A stretch of DNA of 63,908 nt, counting the filler, from Reticulomyxa filosa (taxonomy: Eukaryota; Protista; Foraminifera): NCBI GenBank assembly GCA_000512085.1. It is 26 parts of 26 records of this genome, joined end to end, with 100 filler letters (N's around TTAATTAATTAA, not from the genome) between each part and the next. Parts side by side here need not be neighbours in the genome. Positions count along the whole stretch, not along the records: positions 62,818 to 63,908 come from ASPP01045834.1; 25 more parts are not named here. One strand, 5' to 3'. The position numbers and the translations under genes are program-made. Shown piece by piece: positions 62,819 to 63,908 of this stretch. The notes beneath the pieces were generated by a model. It ran no database searches, was not told the DNA's origin, and saw only the letters and a list, made by a program, of their open reading frames with translations. The number at the start of each line of letters is the position of its first letter. Position 1 is the stretch's first letter.

Positions 62819-63850
62819 TTTTTGTTGATTCAATACAACTTCTTCCAGACGCAATTGGAGGCCATGAACATGTCGCAATTCAACTTTGAGGATTACGTAT
62901 TGAAAAACACGTCGATCCGTCGAAACAGTTTGGGATTCGCATTGTTGTATTTCGCGTACTTTATCCCTTTGGATGGGTGGATTCTGATCACATATGTGGT
63001 GTTCCTGTTGATCGGATTGTCGGAGTTGCATCTAATCAATTTGGGCTATGTGTTGATTGTGTTGATTGCTTTGCTGATTCATCAATACTCGAGCAACGTG
63101 TGGTCCAAAGTCCGAATATTTTGGCTATTTGTCGTGACATACTGCACACTGGCTTTCGGCTGTTTGTACGCGGTGCAATATGACTTTATTGATCGATGGC
63201 TGCGCAATTCATTGTATCCCAAACATTGGAACAATACGTATATTTCACTTGAAGACATTGGCTTAACTCGCAAAGACAAAACCAATTTGTTTGTCATCCT
63301 CTCCACTATGATCGGTCCCGTCTTGGCTTTAATCAATTCGTTTCTCCAATTCAGCGTCTTCCTCAAAGACAACCGTTTGCAAATCAAAACCAACGTATAC
63401 GTCAAGCAGGCCATCCATTACTTCAATCAAACTCTTTACTTTGGACAATTGCATATAGCCAAACTCTTTGTCATCTTCATCTTCATCTTCATCGTTCGTC
63501 GCGTCAGCTTAATCTCCTTGCTGTATTTGATCTTCATTGTCTCTCTGCTCCCCTTTCGCAGTCTGCTCGACTCTTTGTGGGCGCCCATGGGCGTCCTCAG
63601 CACCATTGTGTTGATCTGTCGATACATCTTCCAACTCCACTACTTTCGAAAGCGACAACACGACATCAACTGGATCGTCGTGGGCTTCCATCGCTGGGGG
63701 CACACCCTTTCCGATCCTGTCGCGCCTCAAAGCGCCTCCCTCGCCGAGTCGTGGAAAGGTCTCGGTGAGGAGTTGACCATTTTGGTTTTTTCGACCTTGC
63801 AAATTCTATTGTTGCGATGGGTGGATGAACATGGAATTAAATGGAGTTTC
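62819..63850 (+). CDS. PIEZO: Piezo-type mechanosensitive channel, internal TM-blade fragment (~340 aa, absent from the ORF track)
   Basis: Stop-free frame from 62819: VRIFWLFVVTYCTLAFGCLYAVQY...LEDIGL...LHIAKLFVIFIFIFIVRRVSLISLLYLIFIVSLLPF...IVLICRYIFQL. Matches Piezo FW..VV.Y....Y.FQ...D.GL and LH..KL...VS......LP...K..YQL. Confidence 0.85.
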
Positions 63851-63870
63851 GCAAGGATTTATAATAATAT

Positions 63871-63908
<38 letters not shown>

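Overview
This window is not one locus. It is 26 unrelated short contigs joined by 25 artificial 100-bp spacers (N44-TTAATTAATTAA-N44). The DNA is AT-rich and eukaryotic, with ~60-160 nt GT-AG introns and (TA)n/homopolymer tracts. EFL instead of EF-1alpha, a probable Ala insertion at a ubiquitin junction and the style of the WD40/7TM families point to a rhizarian, most likely the foraminiferan Reticulomyxa filosa (inference). Recognisable genes: the 3' part of telomerase reverse transcriptase (motifs C-D-E plus CTE, two 95-nt introns), EFCAB10-like, Rab7, a coiled-coil Yippee protein, a divergent bromodomain protein, a Mn-CDF transporter, Piezo (missed by the ORF track), VPS13, an RNF213-like fragment, a bacterial-type SDR with a PTS2 signal, a lectin-like/PT-repeat surface protein and CAP-Gly proteins. 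Many contigs hold decayed gene fragments (ubiquitin, actin, EFL, AGC and ABC1 kinases, WD40, multi-CAP-Gly). There is also a degenerate RNase H-bearing LINE. The best novel lead is a ~77-nt GC-rich, foldable motif plus leader found on two different contigs (8033-8109 +, 24239-24315 -). One copy lies directly 5' of the LINE, so it is a candidate 5' ribozyme/promoter; I could not match it to known ribozyme cores.
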